From a virus (lineage: Duplodnaviria > Caudoviricetes), in IMG/VR virus record IMGVR_UViG_3300029822_000061, positions 1 to 27,158 of that record: 27,158 nt of DNA. One strand, written 5' to 3'. A model generated the notes under the pieces. It saw only the letters and a list, made by a program, of their open reading frames with translations. It did no database searches and was not told the origin of the DNA. A program made the position numbers and the translations under genes. Shown here in pieces: positions 17,303 through 25,455 of the stretch (position 1 is the first letter of the stretch; each line of letters begins with the position of its first letter).

Positions 17303-18424
17303 ATGATTAAATTAGAGTACAGACTTTTAAGAGACTCTCTTGTTATTAGTAGTAAATACGGCATCAGAGAATACGGCGGTCTTGAATTTCATCCAGGAAT
17401 TGACTATAAAGCTCCGCTCGGTACTCCTATTTATGCAGTAGATAATGGTTTTGTAGCTGTTACAGGGAATGATCCTCCGGGTTATGGTCTCTATGTAGTA
17501 TTAGACCACGGCCACTATTGTACACTGTATGCTCATTTAAGAGGTCATATCTTAAAAACCGGACAGCTTATCAAAGCCGGTGATGTTGTCGGATATGTAG
17601 GGCTAACAGGTATGACAACCGGTCCGCACTTGCATTTTGAAATACGGGACTGCCCTTATTCTGATAAAAATTTTTGGCTTAAAAGCTATTTGAAAGGTAG
17701 GCATGTAATGTGCATAGATCCGGAAAAATTGGTTGCTGCAGCTGCTAAGGTTCCTGAAACAAATGTCAAGTATTCTAAAACAACAAATGGAACTTATCAG
17801 CTCTGTGGCGATGTCAAGGATTTAAATGTTAAAATAGTTAATCAGAAAAATCAAACAATCGAAGAACCGTACTGTGTTAATGGTACGTTTTTTTGGTGGG
17901 AAGATACGGCAAGGACAAAGACTTATCCAACTTCAATATTGTATGCCAATGATAAATTATATCAGGCAGCTGCTAATCATTTACCTTATCCGCAGTCAGT
18001 ATTCATTGTAAACAAAGACAATGCGGTTGAAATGAAACAGATTAAGAATATAGCCGAGTTAGATTTGGACAAGGTTAAAATAGCAATAGGTGGAGTAGGA
18101 TTAAGAAATACTTTAGATAGTAGCTTTGTGTATAATCCTGCGGCTGAAGGGTTTAAGGGTGCTTTTGAGGATGTGCTAAGAAAAGCTAATAAAACTGTAA
18201 TCGGTTACAATGCAAAACAAAACAAAATCTATCTATTAGTTAGACCGAATATTTATCATAAGCATACATTTTTATATGACTTGTTGAAGCTTGTAAAGGA
18301 CTGTGAATATGATATAGCTTTGTCGCTGGATGGTGGCGGTTCGACATTTATGAATAATGCCGATGAGATGGTTGTGTTTGGAGATAACCGCAGAATACAT
18401 AATATAATAGGATTTGGATTGTAA
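17303..18424 (+). CDS. Endolysin: M23 metallopeptidase plus phosphodiester glycosidase (NAGPA-like) domain
   Basis: HPGID (HxxxD), TLYAHL, TTGPHLHFE (HxH). C-terminal VNGTFF and ALSLDGGGST. Confidence 0.85.
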   Translation: MIKLEYRLLRDSLVISSKYGIREYGGLEFHPGIDYKAPLGTPIYAVDNGFVAVTGNDPPGYGLYVVLDHGHYCTLYAHLRGHILKTGQLIKAGDVVGYVGLTGMTTGPHLHFEIRDCPYSDKNFWLKSYLKGRHVMCIDPEKLVAAAAKVPETNVKYSKTTNGTYQLCGDVKDLNVKIVNQKNQTIEEPYCVNGTFFWWEDTARTKTYPTSILYANDKLYQAAANHLPYPQSVFIVNKDNAVEMKQIKNIAELDLDKVKIAIGGVGLRNTLDSSFVYNPAAEGFKGAFEDVLRKANKTVIGYNAKQNKIYLLVRPNIYHKHTFLYDLLKLVKDCEYDIALSLDGGGSTFMNNADEMVVFGDNRRIHNIIGFGL

Positions 18425-18452
18425 CCCGGGTTAAATGCCCGGGATTTTTTTT
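18425..18452 (+). terminator. Rho-independent terminator closing the late operon
   Basis: CCCGGG-TTAAATG-CCCGGG followed by A and a run of 8 T. Confidence 0.85.
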
Positions 18453-18599
18453 ATGCCTAAAAACAACGTCACAGATTGCGATTTAAGCAACGTTAAAAAC
18501 CTCTTAATGTGTTTGTACCTATTGAAATTTCAATAAAAAAGATATTTTTATAAAACTCTAATTGTTACAAATGTTTAACAAATTATTTTGATATTTGGG

Positions 18600-18628
18600 T
18601 TGACTTTGTGCGTACAGTGGTATATAAT
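18600..18628 (+). promoter_or_regulatory. Strong sigma-A-type promoter with near-palindromic operator candidate
   Basis: TTGACT (18600-18605), 17 nt spacer, TATAAT (18623-18628). The spacer contains TGTGCGTACA (18607-18616). Confidence 0.85.
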
Positions 18629-18669
18629 GAATTAACAAAACAAATAAAAAATAAAAGGAGATTAAGAAA

Positions 18670-18924
18670 ATGAAAAAAGAGTTAAGTATTTTAAGAAGCA
18701 AAGAAGATGGAGAACTAACACTAGGATACGCAGGAATTAACTTGGAATATTATGGGTATATTACAGTAGAAGAATTTATAGACAGAGTAGAAGGATCGGA
18801 TTCTTGGGATATGATAGAGCCTGAAATTTATGAAAAGGCACTTGAAGATGTAGGACTTGACTATAGTGCCTATAGCGACCCAGACATAATGTGGAAAGAT
18901 TTTTTAAAGCAAATAAAAAAATAA
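18670..18924 (+). CDS. Small acidic hypothetical protein (anti-defence candidate)
   Basis: AAAGGAG RBS. 84 aa with 20 D/E versus 10 K/R. First gene after its own promoter. Confidence 0.75.
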   Translation: MKKELSILRSKEDGELTLGYAGINLEYYGYITVEEFIDRVEGSDSWDMIEPEIYEKALEDVGLDYSAYSDPDIMWKDFLKQIKK

Positions 18925-18943
18925 ATCGGCAGTGGAGGACAAA

Positions 18944-19090
18944 ATGGCGAAAACAGAAAGGCTATATATCAGAATTTCTCCTGAGCTAAAAACCAAACTT
19001 CAGGAGCAAGCGGAAAAAGAACATAGAAATTTAAGCAATTACGTAGAAAGCATTTTAATAAAAGAATTAAAAAAACAGAGCCAGGACTAA
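18944..19090 (+). CDS. Ribbon-helix-helix (Arc/CopG-like) DNA-binding protein, 48 aa, not in the ORF track
   Basis: GGAGG RBS. MAKTERLYIRISPELKTKLQEQAEKEHRNLSNYVESILIKELKKQSQD shows an alternating beta-strand LYIRI, a helix, an R-N-L-S turn and a second helix. Confidence 0.85.
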   Translation: MAKTERLYIRISPELKTKLQEQAEKEHRNLSNYVESILIKELKKQSQD

Positions 19091-19109
19091 ATATCCTGGC
19101 TTTATCTTT
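19079..19109 (+). terminator. Rho-independent terminator (possibly bidirectional)
   Basis: AGCCAGGA-CTAAATA-TCCTGGCT followed by TTATCTTT, with an A-run upstream. Confidence 0.75.
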
Positions 19110-19327
19110 GCCCACGTTTTGCCCACGTAATTAAAAATTTAAGATGTTTTGACAAAAGTTAGAAAAATATTAAAAACAAACATATCATTGATATTTCAAC
19201 ATTAAAGAGTTAATAAATTTTATAAAAATGCAACAAAATATGGTGCAAAAGCAGTACAGAACTCGGCTTATGTGTTTGCTCACCAAATCCTAACTGATTT
19301 ATTTGCTTCGGCAGAAAAACGGCAGAA
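19107..19327. repeat. attP-like region with two pairs of 11-bp-period direct repeats (integrase arm-type site candidates)
   Basis: TTTGCCCACGT x2 (19107-19128) and CGGCAGAA x2 (19309-19316, 19320-19327). Both share TGCC, in opposite orientations, around an AT-rich spacer. Confidence 0.6.
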
Positions 19328-19500
19328 TTATTTTATGTATTTTGATTTAGTTTGAATAGATAAAATTTAAATATTCTTATTATATTACTCAATTTGTAGC
19401 ATTTTAGATATATATTTATGGTTTGTGTAGTTAAAATATTATTGTTATGATATACTTACATAATTTTGAAAATAAATACGAATTTTATGAAACATAATGC

Positions 19501-19529
19501 TTGACATCAGAAAAACCGAAGTGTATAAT
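19501..19529 (+). promoter_or_regulatory. Consensus sigma-A early promoter with operator in the spacer
   Basis: TTGACA, 17 nt spacer, TATAAT. Spacer motif TCAGAAAAACCGAA (19507-19520). Confidence 0.92.
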
Positions 19530-19551
19530 GTTTATTAGGAGGTGAGGAGAG

Positions 19552-19761
19552 ATGAACAAACGCATGCAATTCTCTTTAAAAGAATTAAGAGCTAGGAAGG
19601 ATATTTCACAAGAGGACTTAGCGAACCTAGCAGGATTAACGGCTAGAACTATTCATAACTATGAAAAAGATGTAGCTAATTTAAGAAGTGCATCCTATTC
19701 AAATATTAAAGAAATAGCCAAAGCCTTGGATGTTGAAGTTGAGGATATTTATTTAGGATAG
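19552..19761 (+). CDS. Cro-like XRE-family HTH regulator
   Basis: LKELRARKDISQEDLANLAGLTARTIHNYEK..IAKALDV. First gene of the early operon. Confidence 0.9.
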   Translation: MNKRMQFSLKELRARKDISQEDLANLAGLTARTIHNYEKDVANLRSASYSNIKEIAKALDVEVEDIYLG

Positions 19762-19764
19762 GTT

Positions 19765-19778
19765 TCAGAAAAACCGAA
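19765..19778. promoter_or_regulatory. Second operator copy
   Basis: Exact 14-bp repeat TCAGAAAAACCGAA of the promoter spacer motif, an imperfect TTCGG-N5-CCGAA palindrome. Confidence 0.75.
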
Positions 19779-19791
19779 AAGGGGGATTTAA

Positions 19792-20595
19792 GTGAGTGAT
19801 GAAATTCAAGTATCAAACATTCAGCAAATAGAAACAGAAATAATCTTATTAAAAAATCAAACAGCCCAAAACATAATTGAAATAGGGAAAAGACTTAACG
19901 AAGCAAAAGAGTTGTTGCCTCATGGTGAATGGGGGAAATGGTTAGAAGAAAAAGTCGAGTTTAGTCAAAGAAATGCCAACAACTTTATGAGAGTAGCGAA
20001 AGAGTTTTCAAATTCGCAGACGTATTCCAATTTAACACAATCAAAAATATTTGCATTGTTGGATATTCCTCAAGAGGAAAGAGAAGAGTTTATAGAAAAT
20101 AACCCTGTTGAGGATATGACAACAAGAGAGCTACAAAAAGTTATTAAAGAAAAAAAGGAACTAGAAAGAAAGATAAAAGAACTAGAAAATCAAGAGCCTA
20201 CTGTGGTAGAAAAAGAAAAAATAATAGAAGTAGTCCCAGAAGATTATGAAGAAATAAAAAATAAACTCAAAAACACGGTAGACAAATATAACTTTAATAG
20301 ATTAAGAGATGAATTTGAAGAAAAGACCAATGAAAATTTTGAGTTAAAACAACAAATAAAACAATTATCAAAAACAGATAGCAAGGAAAGACATAGGGAA
20401 AAGCTAAAAGATAATACCTTGATATTTTGCAATAGAATACACACTTTTTTAAATGATGTTGGAGGACTAGCATGGCTGACAGAATATGTTGAGGAACTAG
20501 AAGATTACGATAAGAGAAGTTATTACAAGGCATTAGATTTATTGGAAGGTTGGGTCTTAACAGTAAAATCAAATATAGATAAGGAGAGAAATTAA
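19792..20595 (+). CDS. DUF3102-domain protein
   Basis: IIEIGKRLNEAKELLPHGEWGKWL..FSQRNANNFMRVA, DMTTRELQ, and a coiled coil. Confidence 0.85.
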   Translation: MSDEIQVSNIQQIETEIILLKNQTAQNIIEIGKRLNEAKELLPHGEWGKWLEEKVEFSQRNANNFMRVAKEFSNSQTYSNLTQSKIFALLDIPQEEREEFIENNPVEDMTTRELQKVIKEKKELERKIKELENQEPTVVEKEKIIEVVPEDYEEIKNKLKNTVDKYNFNRLRDEFEEKTNENFELKQQIKQLSKTDSKERHREKLKDNTLIFCNRIHTFLNDVGGLAWLTEYVEELEDYDKRSYYKALDLLEGWVLTVKSNIDKERN

Positions 20596-20596
20596 A

Positions 20597-21070
20597 ATGA
20601 ATGAAAATTTACAAGATATGATTAAGGATTTAGCGGTAATGCAGAAAAATCAAATGAGTTCTGATGAATTGGTAAGAGCAAGGATAGCGAAAAATGAAAT
20701 GATGATTGTAGGTTTAGCAAAGCAATATGAAAACCATGATACGGTAATATTAAACATTAAAGACAGAATGGACAACCTTGAATTAAACGAAGAAATCACA
20801 GATGAACAAGTGCGGGAAATACAAGCGAGGATTAAAGGCAGAGTCACTAAAATATTAAATTATCCAAATGGGGACAGTGATAAATATTATAAAACCTTTA
20901 TAGCTAACATTTATGGATATTTAAGAAATAATTACAGCCTAGGTTCAAGAGCTGCAACAACAAAGAAAAAGCATTATGACACTGTTATGAAAGGAATTGA
21001 AGCATGGCATCCAGATGTTCAAGAACTAAAAAACAGGAAAGACAAGCGGGATGAAGTAAAGGGGGCATAG
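20597..21070 (+). CDS. ORF6C-domain (antirepressor-associated) protein
   Basis: N-terminal coiled coil. C-terminal EQVREIQARIKGRV..IY..L...Y..KKHYD.V...IEAWHP. Confidence 0.7.
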   Translation: MNENLQDMIKDLAVMQKNQMSSDELVRARIAKNEMMIVGLAKQYENHDTVILNIKDRMDNLELNEEITDEQVREIQARIKGRVTKILNYPNGDSDKYYKTFIANIYGYLRNNYSLGSRAATTKKKHYDTVMKGIEAWHPDVQELKNRKDKRDEVKGA

Positions 21071-21072
21071 TT

Positions 21073-21396
21073 GTGGAAAAAGAAAAAGTTCTACTTTCTA
21101 GGAGCGACTTAGCCAAAAGATGGGGAATATCTACCGCTACTGTAGATAGGAGAGTAAGAGAGGGCTTAATATCCCCCGTGAGAGGTCACAAAACCCCGCA
21201 ATTCAATTTTTATGACGTACTTAAGGCAGAAGGTACTGATGCAAGTAAACTTTCCCCATTTGAGCGAAAAAGACTTGAAAAGGCAAACAAAGAATTAGAG
21301 CAGAGAGTTATCGAACTAGAAGAAGAAAAAGAAAAACTAAAAAGGCAATTAACAAAGATAGTGGCAGAAATAATGCCTGTAATAAGTCAAAGCTAA
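21073..21396 (+). CDS. Excisionase-like winged-HTH DNA-binding protein
   Basis: LLSRSDLAKRWGISTATVDRRVREGLI with a C-terminal coiled coil. Confidence 0.7.
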   Translation: MEKEKVLLSRSDLAKRWGISTATVDRRVREGLISPVRGHKTPQFNFYDVLKAEGTDASKLSPFERKRLEKANKELEQRVIELEEEKEKLKRQLTKIVAEIMPVISQS

Positions 21397-21406
21397 GGAG
21401 AAAATT

Positions 21407-21922
21407 ATGATTAAGAGATTGAAAACTGAAAGATTAATCCTAATATTGATTATAATTATAAGTTTATTCGGACACTTGGTATACGGAATTGAAGGAGCAA
21501 AACAAACACAAACATACGAATACAAAATAGAGAAACAAGCTGCACAGCTCAAGGATAAAGACTATCAAATAGAGATATTAGAAATCATTTTAGAGAACAG
21601 GGAGCAGGACGCATCAGAAGTAATTGATGAGCCTGAATTCTTAGGCACATTTACAGTAACACATTATTGCCCTTGCTATATCTGCTGCAATAAGACAGAT
21701 GGAATTACATTTACAGGCACAAAAGCAACAGAAGGGCGGACTATAGCAGTTGATCCAGAAGTAATCCCTTTAGGCTCAATAGTAATCATGGATGGTGAGG
21801 AATATGTTGCCGAGGATGTAGGTGGAGCTATTATAGGCAATAGGATAGATAAGTATATGGATAGTCACCAAGATGCTTTAAATGCAGGAATAGTACAAGC
21901 TGAGGTTTGGATAGGGGGTTAA
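21407..21922 (+). CDS. Membrane-anchored 3D-domain (MltA-like) cell-wall protein
   Basis: N-terminal hydrophobic segment. TIAVDPEVIPLGS, AEDVGG and GNRID carry the three conserved Asp. Confidence 0.88.
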   Translation: MIKRLKTERLILILIIIISLFGHLVYGIEGAKQTQTYEYKIEKQAAQLKDKDYQIEILEIILENREQDASEVIDEPEFLGTFTVTHYCPCYICCNKTDGITFTGTKATEGRTIAVDPEVIPLGSIVIMDGEEYVAEDVGGAIIGNRIDKYMDSHQDALNAGIVQAEVWIGG

Positions 21923-21924
21923 AA

Positions 21925-22059
21925 ATGATTAAAGTAATAGCAGACGGAGTTGCGGGTATTTTGCACAGTATCGACTATAAAAAGAAAACTGCAACAGTGG
22001 AAATGGATTATGAATACTTGGTTGAATTTACATGGGATGAGGTTGTTATCTGTAAATAG
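21925..22059 (+). CDS. Hypothetical protein, 44 aa (not in ORF track)
   Basis: AGGGGG RBS. MIKVIADGVAGILHSIDYKKKTATVEMDYEYLVEFTWDEVVICK fills the gap between genes. Confidence 0.65.
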   Translation: MIKVIADGVAGILHSIDYKKKTATVEMDYEYLVEFTWDEVVICK

Positions 22060-22068
22060 GAGGAAATT

Positions 22069-22311
22069 ATGACAAAACGTCACCCTAACGAATTTCTAAG
22101 AACTTGGACAGGCAGATTAGCAGGCTCTGGAATGCTTTATGACCGCTATGATGATGAATCGATGGCACCAGAAAAATATAGAGGCGGAAATCCAATTTAC
22201 ACAACGGAATACACAGAATACATAAAATCATTAAAAGAAGACCAGCCTGTTACAACTTACAAATTGACTAAAGAGGAAATGGAGGAATATTTAAAAAACT
22301 TAGGGAGGTAG
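22069..22311 (+). CDS. Hypothetical protein
   Basis: AGGAGG RBS. Ends with the VTTYKLTKEEMEEYL motif seen in phage early genes. Confidence 0.7.
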   Translation: MTKRHPNEFLRTWTGRLAGSGMLYDRYDDESMAPEKYRGGNPIYTTEYTEYIKSLKEDQPVTTYKLTKEEMEEYLKNLGR

Positions 22312-22313
22312 CC

Positions 22314-22481
22314 ATGAATGTATATTGTACTATCTGTTGCAAATTATGGAACGCAAGTAAATATACAGTATCGGCAGGGTATGTATGTCCTCACTGCCAA
22401 TGGAAAATGGACAGAGGTATAAAAATTAAGTTAGGAAGGAGGAAAGAGTATGGGAAAGCAATGCAGAACTTGTGTGTTTAA
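22314..22481 (+). CDS. Small zinc-ribbon protein, 55 aa (not in ORF track)
   Basis: GGGAGG RBS. CTIC..CPHC. Confidence 0.65.
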   Translation: MNVYCTICCKLWNASKYTVSAGYVCPHCQWKMDRGIKIKLGRRKEYGKAMQNLCV

Positions 22482-22809
22482 CACAAAAAAAGAAAGTTGC
22501 AAAATGCTAACTGAAAGAATTGATAACTGTTGGGCTTGGGCGGACATGCAGGAATACGAAAGACGTAAGGCTGATATGGATGCATATAAGGCAAGATACG
22601 AAGTTGATATATCACAATTTAGTACTATAAAAGAGAGATTAAACGATAGTTTTATGGAACTTTACGAAAAAAATTTAAATGACACGGAAATAGCAAAAAC
22701 ATTAAAGCTAAACCCTAATACAGTTGGAAATTACAGACGGAAATTAGGTTTAGAAAATAATTACAGAAAAAAAGAGCCTGCGGTAACAGGCAAAAGAAAA
22801 ATAATTTAA
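22450..22809 (+). CDS. Cys-rich N-terminus plus C-terminal HTH protein
   Basis: AAGGAGG RBS. CRTC..C..C and NDTEIAKTLKLNPNTVGNYRRKLGL. Confidence 0.75.
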   Translation: MGKQCRTCVFNTKKESCKMLTERIDNCWAWADMQEYERRKADMDAYKARYEVDISQFSTIKERLNDSFMELYEKNLNDTEIAKTLKLNPNTVGNYRRKLGLENNYRKKEPAVTGKRKII

Positions 22810-22840
22810 ATCATGCTAATTATAGCATATAGGAGGGAAA

Positions 22841-23209
22841 ATGCAAATAGAAAAGTTAATTGAAGTTGCGGAAGAATTAAGAATAAAGACAATGAAATTA
22901 AATGAAGAATTAGAATCAGCAAATTCAAAGGCATATAAAGAAACAGGAATTTATAGTTATAGCGATTATTCAGGAGGATTTCACGTTACGATAGAAACTT
23001 TTTTAGAAATTGCAGGAGATGACATTTTCACGATAAAGGAAAAAAATAATGAGTATTACAAATATCAATATGAGTACACAGTAGATGGAATATTATTTTA
23101 CTGCATATCAAATCACTTTTGGGATTTTAAAAAAGAAGAAAATGCAGAGGAAGATGAACCAACAACCTGTATGGGATGTGATAAATGGGAGCCAGATAAA
23201 AATGTATAA
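22841..23209 (+). CDS. Hypothetical protein
   Basis: AGGAGG RBS. 122 aa acidic ORF. Confidence 0.7.
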   Translation: MQIEKLIEVAEELRIKTMKLNEELESANSKAYKETGIYSYSDYSGGFHVTIETFLEIAGDDIFTIKEKNNEYYKYQYEYTVDGILFYCISNHFWDFKKEENAEEDEPTTCMGCDKWEPDKNV

Positions 23210-23381
23210 ATGTTGGAACTGTGAGGCAGTATTTGAGGAGCCTGTTTACAAGAAATTTACTTATGAAGATGATGCCTGGGGGCATATAGCAGATATATCT
23301 TACACAGAAGCGTATTGCCCTAAATGCGGAGATGAAGAATTTGAGGAATGGATAGAGGAGGAAGAAGATGAATTTATATGA
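23202..23381 (+). CDS. Small acidic zinc-ribbon protein (59 aa)
   Basis: MYKCWNC..CPKCG. ATG 23202 follows GGGAG, so it is preferred over the ORF-track start at 23085. Confidence 0.7.
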   Translation: MYKCWNCEAVFEEPVYKKFTYEDDAWGHIADISYTEAYCPKCGDEEFEEWIEEEEDEFI

Positions 23382-23847
23382 ATTAACAGATAGCTATTTA
23401 AAGGTTTTAGAACTGATTGAAGCAGGCGAAGAAAACTTAGATGATACTTTGGAAAGTATAAATGACACAATCGAAGTTAAGGCAGAGAATTACGCTAAAA
23501 TTATTCGAAACTTAGAGGGTAATGTAAATATGCTCAAAGCAGAAATTGAACGCTTAAACAGCCGAAAAAAGAGCATAGAAGGCAATATAGACAGGCTCAA
23601 AGAGAATTTAAAGCAATCCATGATATTAACGGGCAAGGAAAAAATAAAGACAGGCTTATTCAATATAACAGTTGCTAACAATCCAGTAGCCTTGAATATA
23701 TTTGATGAAAGCAAAATACCCGAAAATTTCTTTACTTATGAAACTATTAAAAAAATGGATAAGGCCAAAATTAAATTCTTGTTGAAAGCAGGACTAGTTA
23801 TAGAGGGTGCAGAACTCACACAAGGCAGGGGGTTAAGGATAAAATGA
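23368..23847 (+). CDS. Siphovirus Gp157-family protein
   Basis: MNLYELT, KAENYAKIIRN, EIERL..RKKS, KIKTGLF, GAEL..LRIK. Confidence 0.92.
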   Translation: MNLYELTDSYLKVLELIEAGEENLDDTLESINDTIEVKAENYAKIIRNLEGNVNMLKAEIERLNSRKKSIEGNIDRLKENLKQSMILTGKEKIKTGLFNITVANNPVALNIFDESKIPENFFTYETIKKMDKAKIKFLLKAGLVIEGAELTQGRGLRIK

Positions 23848-23975
23848 AAATAACAGTATTAGAAAGCATAAACTCTATATGCGTAGAAGATATGACGGAT
23901 GAACAGTTTAACTTTATACTTGATGCCGTTTTGAGCGTAACAACAAAAGACACAGAAAGCGAGGATGACTTTTAG
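23844..23975 (+). CDS. Hypothetical acidic protein, 43 aa (not in ORF track)
   Basis: ATGA overlap with the Gp157 stop. Its TAG overlaps the ERF GTG start. Confidence 0.55.
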   Translation: MKITVLESINSICVEDMTDEQFNFILDAVLSVTTKDTESEDDF

Positions 23976-24613
23976 TGAACCTATATCAAAAAATAATCGA
24001 AGTAAGAAAAATAGCAAGCGGATTCTCTAAAGATACTAAAGGATATGGCTATGACTATGTTTCAGGTAATCAAATTCTAAATAAGATAAAAGACAAAATG
24101 AACGAGGTTGGACTAATACTTCAGCCGTCAGCTCAGGCAGGAGAACATCAACTATTTTGTTATACAAACTCAAAAGGTCAGGATAAAGTTGACATTCAAG
24201 TATGGGGAAGTATGTCTTACACATGGATAAATGCAGAAAATCCCGAAGAAAGAGAAATTGTGAGCTGGGCTTATTACGGACAACAGGATGATATAAGCAA
24301 AAGCTTTGGAAGTGCATTGACATATAGTGAACGTTATTTCTTACTTAAATACTTTGGATTACCTACTGATGAAGATGATCCGGACGGCAAAGATACTACA
24401 GGCAAGAAAACAAAATCTCAATCTACTACAAAAGCCTTAACAGAGGCACAAATAAAAAGATTATTTGCATTAGGCAAAGCAGCAGGATATCAAAGCGTAT
24501 CTGTTATTGACCAAATTCAAAAGAAATTTAAGAAAGAACCCGACCAATTAACGAAAATAGAATATGACCAAGTGTGCAAGGGCTATGAGGCTAAGGCAAA
24601 TGAAAATAAGTAG
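23975..24613 (+). CDS. ERF-family single-strand annealing protein
   Basis: NLYQKI, GYDYVS, SKSFGSALTYSERYFLLKYFGLPTDEDDPD. Confidence 0.92.
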   Translation: MNLYQKIIEVRKIASGFSKDTKGYGYDYVSGNQILNKIKDKMNEVGLILQPSAQAGEHQLFCYTNSKGQDKVDIQVWGSMSYTWINAENPEEREIVSWAYYGQQDDISKSFGSALTYSERYFLLKYFGLPTDEDDPDGKDTTGKKTKSQSTTKALTEAQIKRLFALGKAAGYQSVSVIDQIQKKFKKEPDQLTKIEYDQVCKGYEAKANENK

Positions 24614-24887
24614 CATTGTAACTACAGAATATCACAAATGCTTTATATGTGGTAGCGAAAGAAATATTGAGAACCATCACGTTTTCTTTGGGGTGGCTAA
24701 CAGGAAGTTGTCGGACAAGTACGGATTAACAGTCCCGTTATGCAGTTATTGCCACAGAGGGCAGAACGGGGTACACAAAGGTAATTATCAACTTGATTTA
24801 TACATAAAAAGATATGCACAGCTACAATTTGAAAAAGAATATTCGTATGAAAAATTTATGGACGTGTTTAAGAAAAATTTTAGGTGA
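24600..24887 (+). CDS. HNH-like zinc-binding putative nuclease
   Basis: CFICG, HHVF, LTVPLCSYCH, GVH. Start taken at ATG 24600. Confidence 0.75.
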   Translation: MKISSIVTTEYHKCFICGSERNIENHHVFFGVANRKLSDKYGLTVPLCSYCHRGQNGVHKGNYQLDLYIKRYAQLQFEKEYSYEKFMDVFKKNFR

Positions 24888-24891
24888 TGTT

Positions 24892-25422
24892 ATGGAGATA
24901 ACAGTTAAAGCAGGCAAAATAACAAGACAATTCAGTGGGGATTATGAGGTAACACTCATAGTCCCAAAGCAAGAAGAAAGCAACATGGAGCCGTTGAATG
25001 AGCTGCTGAATGATGAAAAGCTGAAAGAATGCAAGATAGCTCATAAGAAGAAAAGAAGGTCACTAAATGCCAATTCGTATGCGTGGCTTTTGATAACCGA
25101 GATAGCCAATAAGCTCCGGAGCAGTAAAGAAGAAATATATATTGCTATGTTGAAACGATACGGACAGAGCAGCGTAATTTCAATAGTAGATGAGGCGGTT
25201 CCCGTATTCATGAAATCGATAAAGTATGCGGAAGAGTTCGGAAAAGGCACTATTAACGGAAAAGAATTTACGCATATAAAAGTATATATGGGGAGTTCGG
25301 AAATGGATAGCAAGCAGTTTAGCATACTTCTTGATGGCATAGTCTCAGAGTGCGAGTTGCTGAGAATTCCAACATTAGAGGATTTGGAGATAAGGAGGTT
25401 GATAGAAGAATGGGGAAAATAG
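24892..25422 (+). CDS. NinB/Orf-like recombination accessory protein
   Basis: AGGTGA RBS with ATG 24892. RRSLNANSYAW and GSSEMDSKQFSILLDG. Confidence 0.65.
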   Translation: MEITVKAGKITRQFSGDYEVTLIVPKQEESNMEPLNELLNDEKLKECKIAHKKKRRSLNANSYAWLLITEIANKLRSSKEEIYIAMLKRYGQSSVISIVDEAVPVFMKSIKYAEEFGKGTINGKEFTHIKVYMGSSEMDSKQFSILLDGIVSECELLRIPTLEDLEIRRLIEEWGK

Positions 25423-25455
25423 AACGAATAAAAGAGCAGTGGGGAAGGTGATAAT

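Noticed and set aside
19241-19285. tRNA 3'-end remnant (TGGTG / CACCA) as the att core
   Set aside because: There is no correctly spaced T-arm (GTTCRA) on either strand. It is kept only as an imperfect inverted repeat.
19107-19327. Mini-CRISPR array
   Set aside because: The repeats are only 8-11 bp, directly tandem, and lack spacers of CRISPR length.
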